Source: Basidiobolus meristosporus CBS 931.73 (lineage: Eukaryota > Fungi > Basidiobolomycota). Taken from it: a DNA stretch of 64,000 nt. The stretch spans positions 33,777 through 97,776 of the forward strand of contig MCFE01000309.1 in the NCBI GenBank assembly GCA_002104905.1. The letters are read 5' to 3'. Positions 51,673 through 62,480 of the stretch are shown here, in pieces (position 1 is the stretch's first letter; each line of letters begins with the position of its first letter). The notes below the pieces were generated by a model. That model was given only the letters and a program-made list of their open reading frames with translations. It ran no database searches and was not told the DNA's origin. The position numbers were made by a program, and so were the translations under genes.

Positions 51673-52791
51673 ATGAGCTTTATGCCATTACCACTCTCAC
51701 ATGAAGCCCCACAGTCTGATGGAAAGAATGTGGAAAGCTTCATATTCAGATGGGAGAAGCTCTGCAAGATGTGCAGCCTATCTGAACAAGATATGGCTGA
51801 AGACTTCCCCTACTACTGCACTGATGACATTACCACTAAGCTTCTGAGACAAGGAGACATTCTCACTGACTGGACCTTGATGAAGACCTGCCTACAGACC
51901 AAGCATGGCAGACCCCAGATATACTATGGAATTGAAGACCTCAGACACTTTGAAAGGATGGGACTCTCCAAGCTACCACTTGATGAGTTCATGCAACAGT
52001 ATGGTGATAAGGCCAAGCCACTCCTAGAGTCCCAGGCTATAACTATGTTTACCATGACACTTTACCTTGCACAAGGGCTTCTCCAGGACTTGGCAAGGAA
52101 AGTTGACTTACATGCAGCCAAGGATGACAAGGCTGGTATTCCTTGCTTTGCAGAGATGAAACATGTCCTCCCAGAGGCAAAGCAAGCTTCTACCTTTATG
52201 AGACTCCTGACATCTAATCTGCCAGACCAGCCAACCAAGGAGCTAAAGAGTGCTGTTGCTGACAGTCAGACCTACACTACCAACAGAATTGAACAACTTG
52301 CTGAACAGCTACAAAAGCTAGCCCTCAAGATTAATGGCTCAGCTGAGGTAGCTACTGAGGGCCAAAAACCTTTGCCCAGACACTGCATTTGGTGTGACTC
52401 TACTCAGCATGCCAGACAAGAATTATCAGAGCTTAGCCAGCTACTTAGAGAAGGAACAGTACAGTTTGATGCTGATGGAATGCTTGCTGATAAGGAAGGA
52501 AAAAGGATTCCCACTAATATCCAAAGAGGCAGAATGAGAGCCCTTTTCCAGAAGTCTGACTCAGCAACTAGAAAGATTACTGTTAATGCCTCTATTGAAA
52601 CTCATACAGTGAGTCCAAGCAGCCCTGACCACAGAAAATACAAAGTATATGCCTTTGCTACTAAGAGACACCTTCCTGAAGAACCTGTCAAACCCATCCT
52701 TAGAAGACCACAATTTGAAGAGCCTGAGGGTATCATTGACAAGAGGCCTGGAATACTGCCCACCCAAGACCCATTGCTTCACTTTCAATGA
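51673..52791 (+). CDS. gag: Family D gag (DUF4100-like C-x2-C region)
   Basis: APQSDGKNVESFIFRWEKLC and PRHCIWCDSTQHARQ; ATG at 51673 lies after the PBS (track start 51490 is inside the LTR). Confidence 0.75.
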   Translation: MSFMPLPLSHEAPQSDGKNVESFIFRWEKLCKMCSLSEQDMAEDFPYYCTDDITTKLLRQGDILTDWTLMKTCLQTKHGRPQIYYGIEDLRHFERMGLSKLPLDEFMQQYGDKAKPLLESQAITMFTMTLYLAQGLLQDLARKVDLHAAKDDKAGIPCFAEMKHVLPEAKQASTFMRLLTSNLPDQPTKELKSAVADSQTYTTNRIEQLAEQLQKLALKINGSAEVATEGQKPLPRHCIWCDSTQHARQELSELSQLLREGTVQFDADGMLADKEGKRIPTNIQRGRMRALFQKSDSATRKITVNASIETHTVSPSSPDHRKYKVYAFATKRHLPEEPVKPILRRPQFEEPEGIIDKRPGILPTQDPLLHFQ

Positions 52792-55480
52792 CCTCAAAGA
52801 TAGCAGGCTACTCAAGCCCTCAATTGATTACTAAGAAACTGCTGAAGCAGAACCTCACTTTGTTGTTTGGAGAAATCATGAGTGTATCACCTTCTGTTAG
52901 GAAGACCTTTGATAAGCAGCTTGGAACAAGAAGACAAGCTGTTGAACATATGGATACCCATATAATCCAGACAAACCATGAAGACCACAAAAAGGATGAC
53001 AACACCACCAAATATAAGACCTTTTACTCAGTTGCAACTGCTGTGGTGAAAGGGTATATATATGATGACCCTGATGACTGCCATATTGACAGTGGTTTGG
53101 AGATTTGTGTTATGCCGCTAGACTTCTGGAAGACACTTAGAAGCAAGGAGCTACTACATGTTGATATAGATATTGGATGGAACATGACTGATGCAAACTC
53201 AGGAACTAGCCCACTCTATGGTGTAGTGCACAAGTTCCCTATTGAGGTACAAGGAATCAAGGTCTGGCTTCCCCTCTTTATCTGCCAAAAGGCAAACTTT
53301 GACCTTCTGTTAGGCAGACCAAGGGAGACCAGTACTAAGGCTACAACTACCAACTATATTGATGGGTCAGTGTGGTACGCTACACAAGGATCAGGCCCAG
53401 GACTACAGTCATCCTTCTGTGGGGTAACACCCAACAATAAGAGGACACACACTGCTTTCCAGAAGACACATCTTGTCATAGAAGAAGATGAGAAGCCTGA
53501 CAATATACACCCCAACAGTTGGAGCTGCTCATTAGGTATACAGGAGCAGATGGCCATGGTTTGCACAAAATACAAGTCAGTAGAACAGAAGATTAGACCA
53601 AGATTTTCTGAGATAGCAGAACCAATCTACCAACTACAGAGAGATAATACCCCATTTATCTGGGGAGAAGAGCAAGAAGAAGCCATGCAATTACTAAAAG
53701 AGGCTTTAGTATCTCCACCAGTTCTAAGACCTCTTGACTATCAGAACACTGAATGACCACCTATCTTGACAGTGGATGCAAGCCCTATAGGAGCTGGAGC
53801 ACTACTTGGCCAAGATGATGAAGATGGCAACCGCTTTGCCTGCAGATATTAGAGCTGCCTCTTCTCTCCTAGAGAACAAAGATACTCACAGATTAAGAGA
53901 GAGCTACTAGGAGTTGTGAAAATGCTGAGGAAGCTGAGGTCACAACTCTACATGACACATTTTGTCCTGGAGACAGATGCCATGCCACTTATAGGAATGA
54001 TCAATCAGACTGACCTACCTGATGATGCCACAAATTGGTGGATGGCATGGCTGAAAATGTTTGACTTTGAGGTCAGACATATCCCTGGCACAACAATTGT
54101 TGTGGCTGATGCACTCTCCAGGAAGGGACCACAGTTGTCTGAAGATATGGACCCTGACTTGGATGACATAATTGATGCAGAAATACAACAACTACATGTG
54201 AAGAAGCCCAGCAACTCTATGTGGAACACCATTCAATACTATCTGAGAACCTTAGAGAAGCCACCAGGAATGAGCCCACATGACTTCAGAAAGCTCAGGA
54301 AGAAGGCTCATCATTTCTACATAAAGGATGGCCTCCTCTTCAAACAAGTAAAGCCTGGACAGACACCAAGGAGAGTTATAGTTGAGCCCCAGGAACAACT
54401 GACTATTATGTCAAGCCTTCATGAAGGAAGACCTGGTGGTCATAGAGGCAGAGATGCCACTTACAATGTTGTTTCCAGTAGATACTACTGGGAGCATCTG
54501 TATCATGATATCCAACACTTTGTTGAATCTTATGACATTTGCCAAAGAAGGTCACCCAAGAGATATGAGGAGCTGCTCCATCCAACCTACACCCCTTGCC
54601 AATGGCAGAAGGTTGGCATTGACCTGGTCCACATGCCAACTGCTGGAACCAAGAAGTACCTAGTTGTTGCCAGAGATGATCTGGGTGGGAGGGTAGAAGC
54701 TTGAGCTCTATCCAATAACAAAAGTCACACCATATGGAGATTTATTCTTGAAGATATAATATGCAGATTTGGCTGCATCAGCAAGCTTGTTGCTGACCAA
54801 GGAGAAATGACTTCAAATTTGATCCAGGAACTCTGCTCACAATACAAGATTCATATTGCTTTCACCACCTCTTATCTCCCACAGGCCAATGGCATGGTTG
54901 AAAGAGGCCATGTCCCGTTAACTCCCTAGTCAGGAGCTGCAACAACATGACACTACAGTGGCCTAGACAACTTCATCTAGCACTCTGGGCAGATAGAATC
55001 ACTACAAAACACAGCACAGGCCTATCTCCATTCAGATTGCTTTATGGACACAATTGCATTCTTCCCATAGAGCTTGACTCAACATCCTGGAACATGCTAG
55101 AGTGGAGAACTACAATGAGTACAGAAGAACTACTGACTACACGCATCAAACAGCTTGATCACCATAAACTTGATATTACCCAAGCAGCTGCTAAACTCAA
55201 AGAGACAAGATTTTGGAGCAAGAAACCATTTGACAAGACACATAGCCTTAGACCAAAGCCATTACTGCAAGGAGATCCAGTACTGCTCTATGGTTCCACT
55301 TTAGACAAGCAGTGGAGTTGCAAATTTGACAATAAGTGGTCTGGCCCATTTATTATCTCTAAGGTGATTGGAAATGGAAGCTACTACTTGTCTGAACTTA
55401 ATGAAACACTGCAAAGAGCACCTGTGGCAGGAAACAGACTTAAGCTATTCAAGCACCCAAATTTTGCACATCACATTTAG
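52788..55480 (+). pseudogene. pol: Family D pol: protease, RNase H, integrase; RT core absent; several stops
   Basis: IDSGLE protease; LTVDAS, LETDA and VADALSR RNase H; HEGRPGGH...YDIC, GIDLV, WSGPFII integrase. Confidence 0.85.
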
Positions 55481-56207
55481 TTTTCTTTGACCGGAGTTCA
55501 AGGCTGAGAGGGGGGTGGATGTAGTTGGGTCACAGTAACACCCACAGGTAGATGTGCTCATTCCCATACGTTCACTTCCCTAAAAAGGATTACCCCCCCT
55601 ATATTAGTATCATCCCAAATTGCAATATTTTCTATTCTGTCTATATGATTATTACTATGCAACCTGACAAACTATTTGTCACTATTAACCCATTGCACAA
55701 GCTATTCCTATTCCTTGCCAAGATGCCAAGATAAGATAGTTACCATATAAGTCAAGTACCCCCAACAGTGCCTATGTCATGTGACCATCCTGGTTTCATA
55801 AACCTCCTATCCTACTACCATATGAGGTAACTACATGACACAGAGGTTTCATATTACCACTATCTGATTGGCTAGGTGCTACTATGTCTCATGGAATAAT
55901 CCACCAAGAATTTGCGCTATTTTTAGTACACAATTACATGATTGGCTGTCTAATACCTTCTGGAAACTTCCGGAAAGTATTTTCTAGCAAGTATTTGAGC
56001 AGCAAAAAAGTATATAAGGGAGGCTATCCCTTAAAATCAATCATCCCTCTTCCAATATTCCGACTTATTGATTAGTGAGATCACCGCTGCCTATTACCAC
56101 TATTTTCTGACTCAGGCCTAACAATACTCCCAGGAAACCATGCTGACGGCCAAGTGACCTTGGAGGCACTACTTGTGAGGAATACTCAGAGTAGGTATAT
56201 TTTATTA

Positions 56208-56226
56208 GACTTGTTCCGTTGGATAT
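56208..56226. mobile_element. 19-bp PHIS MITE terminus interrupted by Gypsy A1
   Basis: ATT then AGACTTGTTCCGTTGGATA, immediately followed by the A LTR. Confidence 0.75.
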
Positions 56227-56550
56227 GTTGTGTTGTATTATGATTAGTTTGGGGCTTGTTCTACAATGTAGAGGCTAATCAACAATATACAACAACTTCC
56301 AGTATGCTAATACTGAAATAGTTTATTGGGAGTTTGATATACCGATAGAAGATATAACTTTCACTAATTTCCTCAATCTTGGGCTCAAAATATACTGTAG
56401 GCAGTGTTTATAACTTCTACAGCAGTGTTCTGACCTTCTGTCGACTAATGGGCTTATCTACTTTTATAGTAACTTTTCCTTATTTAGAAGTCCCTTTCCT
56501 TTCTGAGAAAATATTTCCTAATATGGAAATTCTGAACTCCCCTTCAACCT

Positions 56551-56790
56551 AAAGGGGTGTGTTGTAGAAGTCTCTAAAGGGGTCTTTAGACCTAAAGGGG
56601 TGTCTAAAGGGGTGTCTTTAGAGTAAAGGGGCTTCTTGTAGTGGTCTCTAAAGTGGACTTTACACTAAAGGGGTGCCTAAAGGGGCTTCTTTAGAGTAAA
56701 GGGGTTTCTTAAAGGGGTCTCTAAAGGTGTCTTTAGACTAAAGGGGTGTCTAAAGGGGTGTCTTTAGAGTAAAGGGGTTTCTTAGAGGGG
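56551..56790 (+). repeat. TAAAGGGG / CTTTAG minisatellite inside LTR A
   Basis: About 13 GGGG tracts counted in ~240 bp; related arrays at ~19750-20000, 29690-30070, 49510-49670, 50580-50810. Confidence 0.9.
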
Positions 56791-57475
56791 ACTTTTCCGA
56801 CAGAAAAGTGGTAGTTTCTTGTAGAACTTAGATTGGATTCTTGTGAGCTTTGCAGTCTCTTTACTGATGTAGTACTGATCAAAGTCAGAATACTCAACAG
56901 TGCAAGTGATGCAGGGGAAGTCTTATAACCTTTAAACTTGTAATCGTAGTGTGGAGATTCTGGAAAGAGAGGCTCTCTTTTATTTTTCAGCTGGGGAAGT
57001 CATATATATGAAAATCTTGAAGGATCAAAGTTTTTGGGCAATTGCGCAAGCAATACACGTGATACAAAGCTAAAATTTTGCAGTGGCGCAGATCGGACAT
57101 AGGCGCAGCACCTGTGAAAATATCACGTGATTTGATTGGCTGGTTCGAAAGTTACACGCGATCAAAGTCACCATAGTAATCCTAGCAATAAGGCATAGTA
57201 TATATAATAGTAGGACTCTTTTGGTCATAACTCCTTAAGTACTGCTTCAAATGAGCTGTAATTTGAAACATGTGTTGGCTACTACGTGTTCTGTATGACA
57301 TAATATTCTTGGGTGGATTGCTTGTAAGGGTCTGGAGCATTTGCTCTTCAAAGTTGGAAATTCTTGATCTTTCTCTTGTGTATTACAATAGCAAAAAGCA
57401 AAATAAAGAAATGAGTGCAATATTGGTTTAGAGATATTGTAGTAATGGAATACTTTTCATTACCACAAGTCTCCC

Positions 57476-59587
57476 CTAACTTTGAGAAATAATGCCCTCA
57501 TTATTACTTCTGATATGGAACTTCTTCAATCTGTTACCAGGTTGTGTCAGTGCAAGTGGTGTACCGTCAAGTTCTGCTAGTTTGTAAGATCCATTTTTGT
57601 TTGCATGTATGATCTTGTAGGGACCTTGCCATTGCATATCCAGCTTGGATGCCTTGTTTCTTTGGCTTTTTGTGTTGTGAAGTAGTATCAACTCACCTAC
57701 TTCTAACAATGTTTTTCTTAGGCATTTTTGAGCGTCAAAGTACTCCTTGCCAGCCATTCTGGATTTCTTCAGGTTTTTTATTGCATTCTGTTGCAGAGTG
57801 TGTGCTTGTTGAATCTGTTGTACTCTTGCTAGCAATAGCTCTGATGTTGTCATTGTTGGTTTCCATGGGAGGGTAAGCCAATTCTCAAAAGATATGTCTA
57901 TCGGCAAAACAGCTTCATGTCCATATATTAAAAAAAATGGTGTATACCCTGTACTTCTTTTAACCGTAACTCTATCAGCCCAGATTGCTGCATGAAAGTT
58001 ATTTGCCCACTTGTTGGGTTCTTCATAGCTAAGCTTTGCTAATGTGTTTGCAAAAGCAGAATGTCCACGTTCAACTGGTGAATTTGCTTGTGGGTGATAT
58101 GGCGTAGTATGTATAAGCTTGGTTCCATGCTTTGTCGCTAGTGCTTGTACTTCATAAGATCCACATTCTCCATTGTCTGCAATAAGGGTGCCAACTGAAC
58201 CATGTCTGAGATATACATCTTCTTTGAGAAATCTTGCTACTGCTTTTGCATTGGCTTGTTTCAGCATTCTAGCCTCTATCCAACCAGTAAAGTTATCACG
58301 ACAGTCCACCACATACTTATACCCAGCTGTTGCCCTTGGTAAATGTATAATATCTACATGTGCAATTTGCCAAGCATAAGATGTGTATATACTGTGAAGT
58401 GGTTCATGCATCTTTTGGTTGTCTCTTCTTTGACATGGAATACATGATTTCACATATTCTTTTGTGTCGGTGTAAAGTGTTGGCCAAAAATACCGTAAAG
58501 AGATTTTTGCATATGTTGATGTAATTCCCTTATGACCTCCTGATTCAGATTCATGCAATTCTTGAATGATCTTCTCTTGATCATGCTTGTTGTGTATATA
58601 CCGTCGAGGAACTCCATGTTTGCTTTTTCTGAAAAGTGTGCTATCATGCAGTAAAAACTTCAGAGCCTTCCTTTTAAAACTTGTGCGTTGATTTGTGGGA
58701 ATATCAGCAGGAACTTTGAGTGATGTAAGAAATTCCTTGATTTGTTGATAATTGCTTTGTATCATATGTCTGAATGAGAATCCAAGACTAGTGTTTTCAA
58801 GAAACTCATCAATCTCATCATCATCAGTTGAGTATGGTGAATTTGGTTGCTTTCTAGATAAGGCATCAGGTCCTTTGTGATTGGCTCCTGGTATATGTTG
58901 CAGCGTAAAGTCAAAGATCTGGATGTATGATATCCACCGTGCTAGAATAGGATCAGGCAAAAGCTCCAACTTATTCAACATTCCTAATAATGGCTTGGCA
59001 TCAACCTCCAGTGTGAAGTGTACTCCTAATAAGTATGGATTTAGCTTTTTGAGTACATAGAGTACTCCCAGTGCTTCTTTCTTGGTAGATGGATAGTTAA
59101 GCTCATTCCCTTTGAATAGTCTGCTAAGATATTTGCAAGGTTGTCGATGATGATCTTTTGAAACTTGAATCATGATTCCACCAACCCCAATTCCAGAGCT
59201 ATCAACTGATACAATGATTGGTTGTGAATCAATAACACTGTAGTCTATAGCTGCTAAGACAGGTGGCTTTGATAATGACTCAAGCAATGTCAACATAGCA
59301 TTTGCCTGTTCTTCATGCCATTCAAATTTCTGGTTTTTCTGTAATAACTGAGTCAGTGGCTTAGCAATTTGAGCATAGTTCTTGATCCAGATTCTGAATA
59401 GACCAGTAAGTCCTAATAATTGTCTGACTTGATGAATATTCCTTGGTGGCTTCCAATTCAGTGCCGATGAAAGTCTTGCAGGATCAGGCAATCTCCCTTT
59501 TTCAGTAACAAGTTCACCTAGAATGATTGCTTTGTCGTAGCCAAACTTGCATTTGGCTCCTGATACAGTCAGACCAGAAGCTTGAAG
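57476..59587 (-). CDS. pol: A1 RT thumb, RNase H and integrase
   Basis: VSVDSS, LEVDA, GPDALSR, HESESGGH...CIPC, IADNG, WQGPYKI; in frame with upstream RT across the TAA at 59588-59590. Confidence 0.9.
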   Translation of the reverse strand, partial: LQASGLTVSGAKCKFGYDKAIILGELVTEKGRLPDPARLSSALNWKPPRNIHQVRQLLGLTGLFRIWIKNYAQIAKPLTQLLQKNQKFEWHEEQANAMLTLLESLSKPPVLAAIDYSVIDSQPIIVSVDSSGIGVGGIMIQVSKDHHRQPCKYLSRLFKGNELNYPSTKKEALGVLYVLKKLNPYLLGVHFTLEVDAKPLLGMLNKLELLPDPILARWISYIQIFDFTLQHIPGANHKGPDALSRKQPNSPYSTDDDEIDEFLENTSLGFSFRHMIQSNYQQIKEFLTSLKVPADIPTNQRTSFKRKALKFLLHDSTLFRKSKHGVPRRYIHNKHDQEKIIQELHESESGGHKGITSTYAKISLRYFWPTLYTDTKEYVKSCIPCQRRDNQKMHEPLHSIYTSYAWQIAHVDIIHLPRATAGYKYVVDCRDNFTGWIEARMLKQANAKAVARFLKEDVYLRHGSVGTLIADNGECGSYEVQALATKHGTKLIHTTPYHPQANSPVERGHSAFANTLAKLSYEEPNKWANNFHAAIWADRVTVKRSTGYTPFFLIYGHEAVLPIDISFENWLTLPWKPTMTTSELLLARVQQIQQAHTLQQNAIKNLKKSRMAGKEYFDAQKCLRKTLLEVGELILLHNTKSQRNKASKLDMQWQGPYKIIHANKNGSYKLAELDGTPLALTQPGNRLKKFHIRSNNEGIISQS

Positions 59588-60595
59588 TTACTTCATGACC
59601 CTCTCAACTGTGCTTATGTGATCATAAACATATCTTCTTACTTGAGGTAAGACATGCAATGTATCTTTTTCTCTGGACTTATTCTTAACTGCAATGTCAT
59701 CAAGAAATGGTCGGCATATCTCAGGGAAACAGTCATCCAAAACTCGAATCATTGCACGTTGATAATTTTGGACAGAGTTTGTCCATCCTTGAGGAATTCT
59801 TGTCATCCTTATGAGTCCTATTGGTGTATCCATAGCAGTGAAATCTCTTGAGGTAGGATCCAGAAGTATTTGGTCATATCCTGAATAAAGATCCAATGTT
59901 GTAATCAGAGGATATCCAGTAAATGACTCAATATACTCATGTCGTATGGGTGGTTGCATAGCATCTTTGATGGTGACCTTATTCAAATGCTGTACGTCTT
60001 GCATAAACCGTAGACTTCCATTTTTCTTCAACGGTGTAAACCAGGGATTGCGATAAGGTCCATAGCTATATTCAATGACTCCACTTTGAAATCTTGATTG
60101 TAGCATTTCAATTACTTTGTTCAGTAATCTTGAGGGAATAGGATATGATCTCAGTGCCCATGGTGTATGTTCAACGGTATGGATCTTAACCGGTGGAAAT
60201 AGCTCTGTGGATAAACATCCTCTTTGTGCATCATTAAATGCAAAGACATTGTCATAGCGTTGTAGCATAGTCAAAAAGAGACTTCTCTCCTCAGTGGAAA
60301 GAGTAGTCCCAATAGCCAACTCCTTGAGCTTCTCTTCTGTGAGTCTGATTTTGTCATATTTGTGCAAAGGCTCCATTTGAGGATTGTCGTGGGCAGATGG
60401 TGAGATTCCAGTAGATACTGGCTTTGCTTTCAATGCAACTGGCTTATACTTGGTATTTGTCTTACTTGTTGTCGATGGAATGAAGTGTTGATCATAAAAC
60501 AAAATATCCTTATGAACCTGTATGTTTTGTACTGGAATGGTGTCTGCATTTCTTGGATTATTCTCTTCTGCTGCACAAAAGGTTACCCTTCTTTT
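59588..60595 (-). CDS. pol: A1 reverse transcriptase
   Basis: PYRNPWF, LDLYSGYDQI, RIPQGWTNS, FLDD; frame is open from the codon after the TGA at 60596-60598. Confidence 0.9.
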   Translation of the reverse strand, partial: KRRVTFCAAEENNPRNADTIPVQNIQVHKDILFYDQHFIPSTTSKTNTKYKPVALKAKPVSTGISPSAHDNPQMEPLHKYDKIRLTEEKLKELAIGTTLSTEERSLFLTMLQRYDNVFAFNDAQRGCLSTELFPPVKIHTVEHTPWALRSYPIPSRLLNKVIEMLQSRFQSGVIEYSYGPYRNPWFTPLKKNGSLRFMQDVQHLNKVTIKDAMQPPIRHEYIESFTGYPLITTLDLYSGYDQILLDPTSRDFTAMDTPIGLIRMTRIPQGWTNSVQNYQRAMIRVLDDCFPEICRPFLDDIAVKNKSREKDTLHVLPQVRRYVYDHISTVERVMK

Positions 60596-62413
60596 TCAAT
60601 TGTCAGATGTGATTGTCAGCCATAAGCTTCCATCAGGTCTATTATCAGCTTGTAGAAGAGATTTTCTCTCATATGGTCGTCCCAACAATACCTCAAAAGT
60701 GGGTCCATTGGCAACAATGAAAAAGGGAGAAGTAACCCTGATTCCTCCAATTTCAATTGGTACAGAGTGACAAAGTCCAAGCATCTTCTCTGTTGCACCT
60801 GTAGCAGTTCTCATATTCCAGTCAACTTCTGTCGATGGCAATTTGATTTTTTCAAAAGTCATAGCTGTGATAGCATTGATTTCTGATCCAGAATCAAAAA
60901 CACATTCCACTTCAACATTGCTGATTGTAGCAGCATAGCTTCCTGTTGTTATAGAGTAAAAGGCTTTTTCCACTTCAAATTGTAATTGTTCACTTGATAA
61001 CATTGTTGATGACTGTTCTTGATAATTCTTCAGGATATCTTTGTTCATAGGCTTAACCATTTCTGGTAGTAGTTGACTGAGATTGTTGATGGCGGTGAAC
61101 ATTTCTTGATTTGTAAGTTGTGGAAATGGAGATTTCCAGAATTTGTCAATAACTTTCTGTGTAATTGCAGTAGTGTCATACTTAGATTGAGGTTGCAAGT
61201 GTTCTTTTTGGATTTTTGATGTTTCTGGCTGTACTGGTATTTCAACAATTGGCTGATTTCTTTTGTTGGTACACACTTTTTTAGGATTGTTCTCTGTAGA
61301 AACATACTTTCTCTTATCAATAAGGCAATTAAACTCTTCAACTTCCTCTTTTTCCATTAGATATTCTTGGACCTGCCCTGATGGATCTGATATTGTGAGT
61401 ACGTAATGTTCATTGCTTGGAATTTCTGCAGTCTTTTGGATTTGTATGAAATTTGATGTCTTGGTGCTTTTACTTGATTCTTCTTGAGCAAGTACATAGG
61501 ACCTCATTCCACCATAACCTCTGTTGATAGGCAAGGGATTTCCAGCAATATCACAGATCTTCCCATAATGATCAATCATAACCTTATGACTGTCAATATC
61601 AATATTCAATATTTGACAACCATAACGGCTATGCTCAGCAGATTCACAGTACACACAATATTTGGTTTGCTGTGGATAATTACTGGTTGTTTTGGGATTT
61701 TCTGGTCTTGCCTTGTTGATGCTTGATGATGGTACACTTTGAGAGTCCAACTTAAGCGTCAGTCTTCCTAATGCATCAATCAATTCATTAACCTGATCAC
61801 TTTGTGGGTTATTTGTACGATGAAGAATTTGTTTAGCTGGAGTGGAAATCTTCATTTGAATATTAATGGAATCCATGCCTTGTCTCCCGGATTGATAGTT
61901 TAACACCATTTGTTTAACATTGTCGTAGGAGCTTGTAGCCTGAACTTGGTGGCTAATGGCATTACGTATTTCAGGAGGCATATTCATCAGAAAATAGTTT
62001 CTTTGATAAAATCTTGGAATTCCAATAGCTGCTTCAACATGCCTTGCTTTTGACTCAAACTTTTGAATGTACTTCTGCAAGGGTTGGGTCTTGTTGTAAG
62101 GCATTTCTAGCTCATTTAGTGTAACAAACTGTGCTTCTTTTTGGTATTCAGCTAAAATAGCTTGTTGAGCAGTGTCCCAGTTATAGTTAGCGCCAACAGA
62201 TATCTTAAATGGGTCCAAACTTCGTAAGAATCTTGATACTTCAACTTCACAGAGAAAGGGAAACAATTGGATTTTGTTCTTGTGTGATAGCTCAAATGCT
62301 GCAGCTATATTGTTAAACTCTTCTAGAAACTCAGTAACATTCTCTCCTGAGAATTTTACTGGAATGGCACCTTTAAAAGTGGCTATTAACTCTGGGAGTG
62401 GTGTATTGGTCAT
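60596..62413 (-). CDS. gag: A1 gag-protease, 605 aa
   Basis: FSGENVTEFL, knuckle CVYCESAEHSRYGC, protease VFDSGSE and VLLGRPY. Confidence 0.9.
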   Translation of the reverse strand: MTNTPLPELIATFKGAIPVKFSGENVTEFLEEFNNIAAAFELSHKNKIQLFPFLCEVEVSRFLRSLDPFKISVGANYNWDTAQQAILAEYQKEAQFVTLNELEMPYNKTQPLQKYIQKFESKARHVEAAIGIPRFYQRNYFLMNMPPEIRNAISHQVQATSSYDNVKQMVLNYQSGRQGMDSINIQMKISTPAKQILHRTNNPQSDQVNELIDALGRLTLKLDSQSVPSSSINKARPENPKTTSNYPQQTKYCVYCESAEHSRYGCQILNIDIDSHKVMIDHYGKICDIAGNPLPINRGYGGMRSYVLAQEESSKSTKTSNFIQIQKTAEIPSNEHYVLTISDPSGQVQEYLMEKEEVEEFNCLIDKRKYVSTENNPKKVCTNKRNQPIVEIPVQPETSKIQKEHLQPQSKYDTTAITQKVIDKFWKSPFPQLTNQEMFTAINNLSQLLPEMVKPMNKDILKNYQEQSSTMLSSEQLQFEVEKAFYSITTGSYAATISNVEVECVFDSGSEINAITAMTFEKIKLPSTEVDWNMRTATGATEKMLGLCHSVPIEIGGIRVTSPFFIVANGPTFEVLLGRPYERKSLLQADNRPDGSLWLTITSDN

Positions 62414-62480
62414 TCTTGTAACGTTTCTTGATGCTTGTATAGTGAAAGGTTCAAACTACCCAGGTCCTCCACCAAATTCT

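Larger units (their letters stand above)
47330..56207 (+). mobile_element. Ty3/Gypsy family D element lacking the RT core
   Basis: 5' LTR 47330-51531 (three nested inserts); PBS 51536-51553; gag, PR, RH, IN; PPT ~55506-55519; 3' LTR 55520-56207 (truncated). Confidence 0.88.

Noticed and set aside
55300-55480. Chromodomain (chromovirus) at Gypsy integrase C-termini
   Set aside because: Families A, B and D end shortly after the GPY/F-like motif; no chromodomain pattern seen
56551-56790. Short repeats resembling a CRISPR array or telomeric repeats
   Set aside because: No constant repeat with unique spacers and no cas genes; the unit is TAAAGGGG, not TTAGGG or TTTAGGG; it lies inside every LTR A copy
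62459-62480. Assigning the family A PBS to a specific tRNA
   Set aside because: TGGTGGAGG is Ala-like at best; it cannot be assigned without the host tRNA set
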